This document shows positions 51,092-60,832 of a stretch of 64,000 nucleotides of DNA, one piece after another; position 1 is the first letter of the stretch, and each line of letters starts with the position of its first letter. The notes beneath the pieces were generated by a model that made no database searches, was not told the DNA's origin, and was given only the letters and a program-made list of their open reading frames with translations. Source of the stretch: Candidatus Latescibacterota bacterium (GTDB lineage Bacteria; Latescibacterota; UBA2968; GCA-2709665); NCBI GenBank assembly GCA_965219995.1, contig CBDCOX010000002.1:2048001-2112000 (forward strand). Reading direction: 5' to 3'. Made by a program: the position numbers and the translations under genes.

Positions 51092-51461
51092 TCCCGCCCC
51101 CTCCTGAAATCGGCCGCGCCCGCGGCCAGGCCGAATCCGCGGTCACGGTTGCCGCGATTCCTCCCCGTACCGCGAACTCGCCAACCACCTTCATCGTCAC
51201 GGGGTGGCACGCCGCGACCAGATCATCCAGAATCTCATTGACCGCGGCCTCGTTCGACACCGCCTGATTCCTGTATGTTCCCAGATACCGCTTGAGCGAC
51301 ACGGTCTCAAGACACCGGGCGCCCGGCACGTAGCGGATCGTGACCGTAGCGAACACCGGTTCACTGGTCTCCCGATACACGGCCGTGAATTCGGGGAAGA
51401 CGAACTCGATCGTATACGGTCTTTCGGGCCGGGGGTTTTCCACCGTCTTCAAATCCACCAC
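51081..51461 (-). CDS. QueF-like T-fold paralog lacking catalytic Cys/Asp
   Basis: ENP.P.R.YTIEF...EFT, FAT..IRYVP...CLE..SLK.Y and F.VRGGI are retained, but CPxTGQPD is replaced by YRETSEPV. Confidence 0.82.
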   Translation of the reverse strand: MVDLKTVENPRPERPYTIEFVFPEFTAVYRETSEPVFATVTIRYVPGARCLETVSLKRYLGTYRNQAVSNEAAVNEILDDLVAACHPVTMKVVGEFAVRGGIAATVTADSAWPRARPISGGGGIAG

Positions 51462-51527
51462 GACTCTCCATGATCGCGATGCGAACCGCTTCGCGGCCGA
51501 TGCAACGGACCCGATCCGCCGTCGACA

Positions 51528-52529
51528 TCAGAACCTGGGCACGGCCACGGGTTTGCCCGAGCGCACCGATTCGAAGAGCGCCACGCAGATTCCGGCCGTC
51601 CGCACGGACTGCTCCAGATCCACCTGCGGTTCCGTGCCGTTTTCTATCGCCTGAAGCAGGTCTTCGATCAGCTTCCGCCGGCTGTCGCGGCCGTCGTCCA
51701 CGACATCAATGGGCGCCCATTTTCGGGTGTGCAGATCCGACACCAGGCGGGCGGGAGGCGCCTGGGCGGTGAGAAACGTCCTGCGCGTACCGTATATCTG
51801 CACGTTGCGAAAACCGGGCCGGGCCGACCCCATGGTCGTCAACGTCTTGGCCACACATCCGTTCTCGAACCGGATGATTCCCACCACGCAATCGGTCACG
51901 TCCAGGCCATGCGATCCGGCGGATATGGCGTTTCCGTAAGCGGACACCTCTGCCGCCGGGGAGTCGATAATCCACTGGATCACGTCCACGGGGTGGATGC
52001 TGCCGCCGGCCGCCGCGTTATAGTTCGGCCCCAGTCCGCCTCGCCATCCCTCCTGGAACAGATCCAGGTGGTTCGAGATATAGTCCGCTTCGGCGTAGAA
52101 CACCTGCCCGAACGCCTGCGCCGCAACCTGGCGTTTCAACTCCTGAAACGTCTCGTCGAACCGGATCTGGCATCCGTGCGACACCTTCCGTCCCGCTTGG
52201 CGGGACGTCCGGACGATTCTCTCGATATCCTCGAAGGAGGTGGCCAGCGGCTTCTCCACGAGCACGTGCTTCCCGGAGGCCAGCATCTCAACGGCCGGGT
52301 CGGCGTGCAAATGGTCGGGAGTACAGATCGAGACCACGTCGACGTCGTCCAGACCGGCGAGGTCGCGGTAATCCGTATACCGCCGCTCCACGCCGTACTC
52401 CTCCCCGATCTGATCGAGCAACTTCCCGTTGAGGTCGCAAATCGCCGTTACCGCCGCCCCGGCTTCGCGGTACGCAACGATATGCCCCGTGCCCACGCCC
52501 AGTCCGATTACCGCCGCGCTCATTGCCAC
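51528..52529 (-). CDS. Gfo/Idh/MocA family oxidoreductase
   Basis: VIGLGVG, CTPDHLH, GKHVLVEKPLA, IHPVD. Confidence 0.88.
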   Translation of the reverse strand: MAMSAAVIGLGVGTGHIVAYREAGAAVTAICDLNGKLLDQIGEEYGVERRYTDYRDLAGLDDVDVVSICTPDHLHADPAVEMLASGKHVLVEKPLATSFEDIERIVRTSRQAGRKVSHGCQIRFDETFQELKRQVAAQAFGQVFYAEADYISNHLDLFQEGWRGGLGPNYNAAAGGSIHPVDVIQWIIDSPAAEVSAYGNAISAGSHGLDVTDCVVGIIRFENGCVAKTLTTMGSARPGFRNVQIYGTRRTFLTAQAPPARLVSDLHTRKWAPIDVVDDGRDSRRKLIEDLLQAIENGTEPQVDLEQSVRTAGICVALFESVRSGKPVAVPRF

Positions 52530-52611
52530 GCGTCAGACCTCCACATGGAAATTCGTCGCGCCATTCTCGCGACGCAACGCACCTGCAGTACGGATATTCC
52601 GCCGTCAATCT

Positions 52612-53796
52612 TCAGCTTCGCCCCGGCACAATCGGCACGAGACTGGCCCCCGATGGCCTCGGCCCACGGGGCCTGATCGGCAGGCGCTCGTACGAACGGT
52701 ACCGGACGTCGAGATGCGGTGTCTCCACCCTTACGTGGCCTTTGTGGCGGGAGTCCATCAGCGCATCCAGGGCTCCGCTCACCAGGAGCGTGCGCTCTAC
52801 CGGGTACGGCGGGTTGCCGGTAAGGAAGAGTTCGTGGATGTTTCTGCCGAGATAGCTGAAATGGGCATGGGGATCGTCAGGCAAAAATACTTCCATTGCC
52901 CGTACGCCGTTCTGCTCGCGTCCGGCGTACCCGAACCCTTGCGTGTATCCGTTCAACATAAGCGTGGCGGCCTTCAACCCGTCGGCGTATTCCAGCAGAA
53001 AAACCGCCGGGTCCGGGCAGTGGGGTTCCATTGCTCCCGCGGCTTTCGCCTCGATGGGTTCGCGCGCGGCATCGGCCAGCTCGCGGGACCACCGCCCCTC
53101 GTCTCCCGCCCGCCAGACGTCATCGCCCTCGAGGCACTGCACAGCGACGATACCGGTCTCGCCACCCCGTCTGCGTTCGGTCATACACTGCAACAGCTCG
53201 AGCGCGTGGAACCCGTACGAGTCGAGGCCCGAATACCCGATTGACAGCGCTTCAGACAGCGGCGTATCCAGATCGTATTCGAGATACGGATTCCTCCACG
53301 CCAGCGGCACGGACGAACCGGCCAGATAAGGTACTTCCAGCACCTGCGCCCGGTCGTACATCCACTTCGAATTCGCCCAGTCATAGGCCAGGTGTTTGTC
53401 GTTGAACACGGGTACGGACCGGCCGGACGTGGCGAACACCCCGCATACCTGCTCGAAAAAGAACCGGCGCGGGTACATGTGCTGCTGCTTTTCGTTCCAG
53501 GCGTAGTCCCCGTGCTCGCCGATCATCAGCACGCCGTCAACCGCCAGTTCCCCTCCGCCCAGCGTCAATGCCTTCGGAATGCTGTTGTAGACCGGCACCC
53601 CGTGTTCCTTCGCGAGTTCGAGGCCGACATCTTTCTCATGAACCTGGTCCATGTACATCGACGCGACCTCCACCTGCGGCGGTATCAACCCGTCGTCGGA
53701 TGGGAACCCCTTCAGAAACTTCGTTACGATGACATCCGCATGGGACCGCGCATACCAGGTTGTCACGATTGCCGCGATCTTCTTTGTCCGGGACAC
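52612..53796 (-). CDS. Conserved hypothetical protein (Gfo/Idh/MocA-like fold)
   Basis: SHADVI, LAVDGVL.IGEHGDY, PVFNDKHL, AGSS.P, YGFHALE, PYPVERTLL; GTG start inferred. Confidence 0.7.
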   Translation of the reverse strand: MSRTKKIAAIVTTWYARSHADVIVTKFLKGFPSDDGLIPPQVEVASMYMDQVHEKDVGLELAKEHGVPVYNSIPKALTLGGGELAVDGVLMIGEHGDYAWNEKQQHMYPRRFFFEQVCGVFATSGRSVPVFNDKHLAYDWANSKWMYDRAQVLEVPYLAGSSVPLAWRNPYLEYDLDTPLSEALSIGYSGLDSYGFHALELLQCMTERRRGGETGIVAVQCLEGDDVWRAGDEGRWSRELADAAREPIEAKAAGAMEPHCPDPAVFLLEYADGLKAATLMLNGYTQGFGYAGREQNGVRAMEVFLPDDPHAHFSYLGRNIHELFLTGNPPYPVERTLLVSGALDALMDSRHKGHVRVETPHLDVRYRSYERLPIRPRGPRPSGASLVPIVPGRS

Positions 53797-54085
53797 GGGA
53801 CACCCGCCTTTCTGCCCGTCAGTCGAACACGATGGCCGCCTGTAGAATAACTCTTCCAAGGGGTGCGTGGGACGTCCGAACGTAGTTGATGGGGAAAGAA
53901 CATCCCGGTCCGTCGTCCGATCCGCGAGGCAAATATGGGAATCACCAAAATCGATGTCAAGGTGAAATCAACTTCTCAGGCAGGCGGCAACTCCCGCGAC
54001 TTGCGGCTTGATTTTCGGGCATGGATCGTCTATTTTGGTGGCGCAGGAAGGCGTGCCCCATACAGACCCCCTCGGGATGCTCAAT

Positions 54086-55273
54086 ATGGCCTACGGCGGC
54101 ATCAAATCCTGGTTGGAGGACGAACTGGAATCCATCCGGGAGAACGGCCTCTACAAGACAGAAACGCGGATCGCTACGCCCCAGAACACGCTGATCAGGA
54201 CCCCGGACGGCGAAGCGATCAATTTCTGCGCCAACAACTACCTGGGGCTTGCCAACCATCCGGAGATCGCGGAAGCCGCGGCGGAGGGATTGGATGCATA
54301 CGGATACGGCATGGCGTCGGTACGCTTCATCTGCGGTACGCAGGACCTGCACACGTCCCTGGAACGCCGCATCTCGGAGTTTCTCGATACGGAAGACACC
54401 ATCCTCTACACGTCCTGCTTCGACGCCAACGCCGGGCTGTTCGAGACCCTCTTCGGACCCGAAGACGCTGTGATCAGCGACGCACTGAACCATGCCAGCA
54501 TCATCGACGGCATCCGGCTCTGCAAGGCGCGGCGAAGCATCTATCGCCACGCCGACATGCCGGATCTGGAAGACCGGCTCAAGGACGCGGCGGACGCGCG
54601 TTTCCGGGTGGTCGCCACCGACGGCGTGTTTTCCATGCACGGCGACGTCGCGCCGCTCAAGGAGATCTGCCGCCTCGCGGACGCCCACGACGCGCTGGTG
54701 ATGGTGGACGATTCCCATGCGACCGGATTCCTGGGCGAGAACGGCCGCGGCACCCCTGAGTTCTGTGGCGTTGAGAACCGGATCGATATCCTGACCAGCA
54801 CGCTGGGAAAGGCCCTTGGAGGCGCCTCGGGCGGATTTACGACGGGGCGGAGAGAAATCGTCGAGTACCTGCGGCAGCGCTCCCGCCCCTACCTGTTTTC
54901 CAATACGCTGGCGCCCCCGATCGTCGCGGGCGGATCGAAAGCGCTGGAACTCGTGCAGACGCGTCCGGAATTCCGGCTGGCCCTGATGAAAAACACCCGA
55001 TACTTCAGGAAGACCATGGGGGTACGGGGATTCCTCATTCCGGAGGGCGTCCACCCCATCGTCCCGATCATGCTCGGCGATGAGCAGAAGACGGTGCGCA
55101 TGGCCCGGGCCATGAACCGGCGCGGCATCTTCGTGGTGGGATTCAGCTATCCCGTGGTGCCCAAAGGCGAAGCCCGCATCCGCGTACAGATCTCCGCGGC
55201 CCACACGCGAAATCAGCTGGACCGCGCCATCGATACGTTCGTGGACGTCGGCACCGCCCTCGGCGTCATATGA
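54086..55273 (+). CDS. kbl: Glycine C-acetyltransferase (2-amino-3-ketobutyrate CoA ligase)
   Basis: [67 protein letters not shown]. Confidence 0.95.
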   Translation: MAYGGIKSWLEDELESIRENGLYKTETRIATPQNTLIRTPDGEAINFCANNYLGLANHPEIAEAAAEGLDAYGYGMASVRFICGTQDLHTSLERRISEFLDTEDTILYTSCFDANAGLFETLFGPEDAVISDALNHASIIDGIRLCKARRSIYRHADMPDLEDRLKDAADARFRVVATDGVFSMHGDVAPLKEICRLADAHDALVMVDDSHATGFLGENGRGTPEFCGVENRIDILTSTLGKALGGASGGFTTGRREIVEYLRQRSRPYLFSNTLAPPIVAGGSKALELVQTRPEFRLALMKNTRYFRKTMGVRGFLIPEGVHPIVPIMLGDEQKTVRMARAMNRRGIFVVGFSYPVVPKGEARIRVQISAAHTRNQLDRAIDTFVDVGTALGVI

Positions 55274-55353
55274 CCCATCAGGTCATTACTTTTTTAAAAT
55301 ACTTGAAAATAAAGTGGTTGCGACGCCAACCGTAACGTCAGGAGGACACGCTA

Positions 55354-56121
55354 ATGGACACGCCCCAGCAGCAACCCCTCCGTGACCGCATCGCCATCGT
55401 GACCGGGGCGGGACAGGGGATCGGCCGGGCCGTCGCCCAGACTCTGGCCAGACACGGCGCCCACCTCGTCGTGAACGACCTCGACGAATCCAACGCCAAA
55501 CGGACGGCCGACGAGCTGGGATCGGCGTTCACCAGGGCCTTCCACTTTCAGGCCGACGTCACGGACGCCCCCGGGGTGCAGGCCATGGTGGACTGGACGG
55601 CGGATACCTTCGGCGCGGTCCACATCCTGGTCAACAACGCGGGCATTCTCTTTCCGACCAGCGTCATCGACATCGACGAAGACGAATGGGACCGCGTCAT
55701 CGACGTCAACCTCAAGGGCGCTTTTCTCTGCTCGAAGGCCGTCCTCCCGCAAATGCGCGACGCGGGATGGGGCCGCATCGTCAATTTCTCCTCTACGGCC
55801 GGCAAGAACGTCAGCACCGTGGGCGGCGCGCATTACACGGCCGCAAAGGCCGGCGTGCTGGGGTTCACGCGCCACCTCGCCAGGGAAGTCGCGCCTTACA
55901 ACATTACGGTCAATGCGGTCTGTCCGGGACTGATCGATACCGAAATGGTCCGCGGTACCATCGACGAAGAACGGACACGCGCCTACGCGCGCAGCTTCCC
56001 GGTCCCCCGCCTGGGCAGACCGGAGGAAGTCGCCGACCTGGTGGCCTTTCTCGCCTCGGACCAGGCCGCCTATATCACCGGCGCATCGCTGGACATCAAC
56101 GGCGGCGACCTGATGATATAG
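55354..56121 (+). CDS. SDR family oxidoreductase (FabG-like)
   Basis: TGAGQGIG, NNAG, YTAAK, VCPG; AGGAGG RBS. Confidence 0.9.
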   Translation: MDTPQQQPLRDRIAIVTGAGQGIGRAVAQTLARHGAHLVVNDLDESNAKRTADELGSAFTRAFHFQADVTDAPGVQAMVDWTADTFGAVHILVNNAGILFPTSVIDIDEDEWDRVIDVNLKGAFLCSKAVLPQMRDAGWGRIVNFSSTAGKNVSTVGGAHYTAAKAGVLGFTRHLAREVAPYNITVNAVCPGLIDTEMVRGTIDEERTRAYARSFPVPRLGRPEEVADLVAFLASDQAAYITGASLDINGGDLMI

Positions 56122-56171
56122 GCCGCCATTGCCGCAAGTTGTCTCGTACGGCTTCCTGGAGTATCCGGACA

Positions 56172-57332
56172 ATGCAGGTTGCGAGCGTAAAAGCCTTCCT
56201 GGTTCATCCGGGCAGCGCGAAGAACTGGCTGTTTGTCAAGGTGGTGACGGACACCGGCATCCACGGATGGGGCGAGGCCTACACCCAGCACGACAGGGAC
56301 CGGAGCGTCCAGGTCCACGTGGAAGAACTGGGTCGGTACCTGATTGGACGGTCGCCGTTCGATATCCGGCATTTCACGTACGTGGCATACACGGACTTCG
56401 CAAGCAAGAGGGGCGCGATGGACCTCTACGCCGCTATCAGCGCCATCGAACAGGCCCTGTGGGATATCGTCGGCAAGTCCCTGAACCAGCCGGTCTACAA
56501 CCTGCTCGGCGGCGCGTGCAGGACCCGAATCAAGGTCTATGCCAATGGATGGGGAAGCTGGTACGATCCCGGAAAGGAACTGGAACAACTCGCCGAACGG
56601 GCCGCGGCGGTGGTGTCGAAAGGGTTCACCGCGCTCAAGTTCGACCCCTTTCCCGGTCCCTGGCGCAGCATCATCGACGTGAGGGACGAGCAAACCGCAG
56701 TGGACCGTGTGGGAGCCGTCCGCGAGGCCGTGGGCCCCGACGTGGATATCCTGGTGGAAGTGCACCGGAGGCTTTCTCCGGCGCATGCCATCCGCGTAGC
56801 CCGTCGCATGGAGGCATTCAACCCCTTCTGGTACGAGGAACCCGTTTCCTCCCGCGACCTCGACGGGCTGGCGGAAGCCAGACGGAACATCAACATCCCG
56901 GTTGTCACAGGCGAAGAACTCTATACGAAGGTTGAGTTCCGCGACGTGTTCGAGAAACGCGCCGCCGACGTCATCAACCCGGACGTCTGCAACTGCGGCG
57001 GGATTCTGGAGCTTCGCGAAATCGCGGCCATGGCCGAGCCCTGCCACGTCGCGGTCTCGCCCCACAATTACAACAGTACGACGGTAGGGCTGGCCGCCAC
57101 GATGCAGGCGGCCGCCGGCATGCCCAACTTCCTGATTACCGAATACTTCGTGAATTTCGAAACCGCGGGCAACGACATCGCCGTCGACCCCTTCGTCGTT
57201 GAAGACGGTTACATCACCCTACCCACGGCGCCCGGCCTGGGCATCGACCTGGACGAGGACGCGCTCGCCGGCTATCCTTTCCAACCGTTCCCTGCAAGAA
57301 AACTGCGGCATCCGTGTGACGAAGGACCGTAG
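56172..57332 (+). CDS. Galactonate-dehydratase-like enolase superfamily enzyme
   Basis: GWGEA, ALWDI.GK....PVY.LLGG, KFDPF, EVH, WYEEP, TGE, PHN, PGLGIDL. Confidence 0.88.
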   Translation: MQVASVKAFLVHPGSAKNWLFVKVVTDTGIHGWGEAYTQHDRDRSVQVHVEELGRYLIGRSPFDIRHFTYVAYTDFASKRGAMDLYAAISAIEQALWDIVGKSLNQPVYNLLGGACRTRIKVYANGWGSWYDPGKELEQLAERAAAVVSKGFTALKFDPFPGPWRSIIDVRDEQTAVDRVGAVREAVGPDVDILVEVHRRLSPAHAIRVARRMEAFNPFWYEEPVSSRDLDGLAEARRNINIPVVTGEELYTKVEFRDVFEKRAADVINPDVCNCGGILELREIAAMAEPCHVAVSPHNYNSTTVGLAATMQAAAGMPNFLITEYFVNFETAGNDIAVDPFVVEDGYITLPTAPGLGIDLDEDALAGYPFQPFPARKLRHPCDEGP

Positions 57333-57429
57333 CGATCGCATTCTCCCCGCAACGTACAGCGGGTGTTGTTCGCGATCGATTCAACCCGGATTCAAGGCAA
57401 ACCTGTTATTTGTGCGAAGGAGGCAGACA

Positions 57430-58632
57430 ATGGACCGTGACGACGTGCGGCAGAGACTGGAAAAACTGGAAGGCAAACTACGCTGGCAGAAACGGGCGAT
57501 TGCAGGATTGCTGATTGTATTCCTCTTTAGCGCGTCCCCGGCGTTGACCCGGGCGTCGAAATGGTTCGGGAGCATGCTCCCGCCAAAGCTGGCCTCGCTG
57601 AGCCTTCAACACGGTACGACAACCGGCGACGTGCGGTTTGGCGATCTCTCGCCCAACCGGGCCGACCTCCCGTTGCCGGAGGCCGGTAACGCCGTACCTG
57701 GCAAAATCGCTCCGGAGCAGATCATCGATGCAGGCGACACCTTGCGGGTCGGTACCCTTCACGTCGTCAATGCGAGCGGGGAGGTCGTTGCAGCCCTCGG
57801 GTCGGACGAGGCGGGAGACGGTTCGCTGGTGATCACGAACAGAAACGGTTCGGTGGTTTCCGTTGTGGGCGTTGACGCAAACGGACACGGAACCCTGGGG
57901 GTCCTCAACGCGGCGGGTCGGGTCGCGGCCGCCATGGGCGCCGACCCGTCGGAACAGGCAAATGGATGGGTCGACGCCAGGAGCGCGACGGGTTCCGCGG
58001 CCGCACTCGCCTTCGATAGCGCCGGAGACGGCACTGTGCTGGTGTTCAGCTCGGATGACAAGCTGGTCGCCGGATTCGGAGTGGACGAAAACGGCAACGG
58101 CGCCCTTCGCATCTCGAATGCGGCCGGCGGGATCGTTGCCGCGATCGGCGCGGACGAGACGGAAGACGCCAATGGATGGATGGACGTCAGGAACAAGTCC
58201 GGACCGGCGGCGGGCTTCTCCGTTGACCGCGACGGAGACGGCCTGGCAATCGTGGGAAATCGGGACAACAAGGCCATTGGGATACTGGGCGCGAATGAGA
58301 ATGGACACGGTCTCATCGGATTCATGAATGCGTCCGAGCGGGTTGTGGCCGGCATGGGCGCCGATTCGACCGGCATTGGGGGAATGAGCATCGAAGGGGG
58401 CAGATTCAGGGCCTTTGTCGACGGGAACGCCAACGGCGTGGCGGAAACCCGGGGCAACGACCGGGAGGTTCGCTGGTCCTCGGAAGCGGCCCCCGCAGGG
58501 GACGGCGACGACGACGGTGACAGTGACACCGGCACGACGAGCGGCCTGATCGGGGATTTCGACGGGGACGGCGACGTGGATTTCAACGACTTCCTCACCT
58601 TCGCCCGGAATTTCGGCAAAACCAGCGGGTAG
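57430..58632 (+). CDS. Membrane-anchored beta-repeat protein (~10 x 22-25 aa) with C-terminal single EF-hand/half-dockerin
   Basis: N-terminal coiled coil RLEKLE plus hydrophobic segment; repeats like VVAALGSDEAGDGSLVITNRNGS; ends GDFDGDGDVDFNDFLTFARNFGK; GGAGG RBS. Confidence 0.8.
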   Translation: MDRDDVRQRLEKLEGKLRWQKRAIAGLLIVFLFSASPALTRASKWFGSMLPPKLASLSLQHGTTTGDVRFGDLSPNRADLPLPEAGNAVPGKIAPEQIIDAGDTLRVGTLHVVNASGEVVAALGSDEAGDGSLVITNRNGSVVSVVGVDANGHGTLGVLNAAGRVAAAMGADPSEQANGWVDARSATGSAAALAFDSAGDGTVLVFSSDDKLVAGFGVDENGNGALRISNAAGGIVAAIGADETEDANGWMDVRNKSGPAAGFSVDRDGDGLAIVGNRDNKAIGILGANENGHGLIGFMNASERVVAGMGADSTGIGGMSIEGGRFRAFVDGNANGVAETRGNDREVRWSSEAAPAGDGDDDGDSDTGTTSGLIGDFDGDGDVDFNDFLTFARNFGKTSG

Positions 58633-58642
58633 CGGAACGCGA

Positions 58643-58669
58643 TTTGACAAGCTCACTTCGACGGGCTCG
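58643..58669 (+). repeat. Degenerate REP-like motifs (TTTGACAAGCTCA / CTTCGACGGGCTC)
   Basis: Similar to the CTTCGACAAGCT motif at 60445-60456. Confidence 0.4.
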
Positions 58670-58798
58670 CAGCCAGACCGCGCCCCTTGCCAAGGGGATG
58701 GCCGGCGTAACGTCAACTACCTCGTGAATTCAGATGTTCCGATACGCGGCCGCGGTGTTACCAACCAAGGATCGGTTCGACACAAAGGAGTCTTACCA

Positions 58799-60286
58799 AT
58801 GCTCTCGTACAATGCCCTGGTGTTGACTATTGCCATCATCGTCGGCGTGTTTGCCGGAACGGAGAACGCTTCGGCAGCCGAGGAAGACCATTCCGCAACT
58901 TCGGCCGACGGCCGTAATCTGCCGCCCGTGCTTGGCGACGTGGGTAGAAATGGCGCCTACGGATACTCGCAATCAGTTGGATCGGGCATTTCCTTCTCTT
59001 CCAGCAAGACATTGGCTGAGGAAAAGATGGAAGAAGGACTTGCGGAATTCCGTTCCGGCAAGGACGTTGTCTGGCTTTATTACCGCGCGGAGGCCAGCGA
59101 CCCGGACGGGGACGAAGTGCGGTATATCTGGTCTCAGGTATCTTCTGAAGAGCCGGCTGCGATCATAGAACAGGATGATTCCTTCGTTCCCAGCGGACAG
59201 GGGGTCGACGTGAAAGTCTGCACGCCGCCCTCAGGAGCCGAAATCACACTTCAAGTCGTAGCCATGGACAAGAACGGCGCAATAAGCGAACCCAGGACGG
59301 TCGTCGTGAACGCCGCCGGATGCGCATCGGAAGCGCGCTGGGTGCGGTTGTCAAGATTTGCCCGGTTGCGCCAGGCCGCCAATCAGGGAGACCATAAATC
59401 TCAAAGAGACCTGGCGTTAGCATATATCAACGGCGACGGTGTATTCAAGAATAAGAAAAAAGGAACGCAACTCATGCAAACGCATGCCCAGGCCGGAAAT
59501 GCCGAAGCGCAGGCTCAATGGGCCTATTTTCTCGACACGGGAAAGCATCGGATTAAAAAAGATAAAGAGGAAGCGCTCAAGTGGTATCGTGCCGCGGCTC
59601 AGCAGGGTCACGCCCATGCGCAATATGCCGTGGGATTCTACGAGAAGGACAAGCGAGAGGCACTGAGGTGGTACAAATTGGCGGCCGAACAGAACAACAC
59701 CTCTGCCCAGTTCAACCTGGCGAAGATGCTGGCTGAGGGTGACGGCGTACCGAAGGATCTGGCTGTGGCGAAGGAATGGATGAAAAAATCGGCGGATCTG
59801 GGGCACAAACGCGCCAGAACCTGGATTGATAACTGGGAGGCGGCTACGGCATTCGATGCATCCGGAAACAGGCCTCCGCAATTGATTTCGGTAACGTATG
59901 CGGGAGATCATAGACCGACTTCGGTTTCCTATTCCGCCAACAAGATGACGTATAAAGACGGAAAGCTGGTCACTGAGGGTGGTCAGACAAGCGTCAACAC
60001 AATTGTCTGGCGTAAAGTAAACGTCCGTGCTGAAGATTTCGATGGTGAGGCGATTCGATATCTCGTCACACAAAAATCTCCAGTTACTCCTGAAGTCACA
60101 ATTGGCGGCCAGCGAAACGTATTCAAATATCATGCCTCCGGCAAGGAGGTTATGTTTGCCATGTGCTTTCCGGATATTTCGGGCGGAGAATTCACGTTTC
60201 AAGTGATCGCGGAGGATAAACGTGGAGGAAAAAGCGCTCCGAAGACCATCGTGCTTGAGGCCATCAGGTCGGACAAATGCCAGTGA
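58799..60286 (+). CDS. Secreted Sel1-like repeat protein flanked by duplicated Ig/PKD-like domains
   Basis: Signal peptide; Sel1 repeats (A..WY..AA.QG...AQ..LA.....G.GV.KD); N- and C-terminal domains share N.PP.L, A.D.DG..RY, QV.A.DK.G..S.P.T; AAAGGAG RBS. Confidence 0.85.
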   Translation: MLSYNALVLTIAIIVGVFAGTENASAAEEDHSATSADGRNLPPVLGDVGRNGAYGYSQSVGSGISFSSSKTLAEEKMEEGLAEFRSGKDVVWLYYRAEASDPDGDEVRYIWSQVSSEEPAAIIEQDDSFVPSGQGVDVKVCTPPSGAEITLQVVAMDKNGAISEPRTVVVNAAGCASEARWVRLSRFARLRQAANQGDHKSQRDLALAYINGDGVFKNKKKGTQLMQTHAQAGNAEAQAQWAYFLDTGKHRIKKDKEEALKWYRAAAQQGHAHAQYAVGFYEKDKREALRWYKLAAEQNNTSAQFNLAKMLAEGDGVPKDLAVAKEWMKKSADLGHKRARTWIDNWEAATAFDASGNRPPQLISVTYAGDHRPTSVSYSANKMTYKDGKLVTEGGQTSVNTIVWRKVNVRAEDFDGEAIRYLVTQKSPVTPEVTIGGQRNVFKYHASGKEVMFAMCFPDISGGEFTFQVIAEDKRGGKSAPKTIVLEAIRSDKCQ

Positions 60287-60375
60287 GCTTGCACACGAGA
60301 AATGCATTGGTTCATTAATGCTTGTTATTGCAGAAAGCACTCTACAGTTTACAAAATCACACACCATTGACCTGG

Positions 60376-60474
60376 CACCCTGAGCCGCGCCCTGAGCTTG
60401 TCGAAGGGTCGGCGAAGGGTCAAAAAGGCACCGAAACGGGGGCGCTTCGACAAGCTTAGCGTCCCCGTTCGTGC
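60376..60474. repeat. REP-like palindromic cluster (CCCTGAGCTTGTCGAAGGG and complementary CTTCGACAAGCTTAG)
   Basis: Nested CCCTGAGC...CGAAGGG units at 60376-60421 and hairpin AACGGGGGCGCT...AGCGTCCCCGTT at 60435-60469. Confidence 0.65.
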
Positions 60475-60832
60475 AAGTCCCTTTCCACGTCTTGGCAGGA
60501 GCTTAAGACGTCACCTATTTACTGCTGCTGGTGATAATTGTCGGTTCCTATGACGAGCGAAGTCTTCTGCTGCCGGGCGATTTCCCGTGGACTTTTGATA
60601 CACTCGATCTCAGAGATGCTGTCGTTGCTCTGGATTTGAGAGAGAATACGTTCCATCTTTCCTTTGAATAGCTCACGTGGCACGTGCCAAAGAGACCAGT
60701 GAATGACATTGAAATCACGACTTACCTGCCAACACAAACCATGCCAAGGAGTGAAGTAAATAATCGCCTGGCGTGCAGACTACGTATGTATATCGATGCC
60801 CATGTCGACATATACAATCCCGGAGGGAATAA

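Noticed and set aside
51462-51527. Possible preQ1 riboswitch before the queF pair
   Set aside because: No preQ1 stem-loop or A-rich tail; short GC-rich spacer.
53930-54000. TCTCAGG upstream of kbl suggesting a glycine riboswitch
   Set aside because: The GGAGA and CCGAAG core elements are missing; the region is better explained by divergent promoters.
55686-56171. 162-aa N-terminal extension of the dehydratase ORF
   Set aside because: It overlaps the SDR gene out of frame; family similarity begins at ATG 56172.
57700-58500. Repeats as a possible CRISPR array or DGR template/variable pair
   Set aside because: They are degenerate in-frame protein repeats; no identical DNA direct repeats, cas genes or reverse transcriptase are visible.
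60519-60737. 72-aa minus-strand ORF in the gap between the Sel1 gene and the second fibre gene
   Set aside because: No motif or clear RBS; cannot be supported as a gene or pseudogene.
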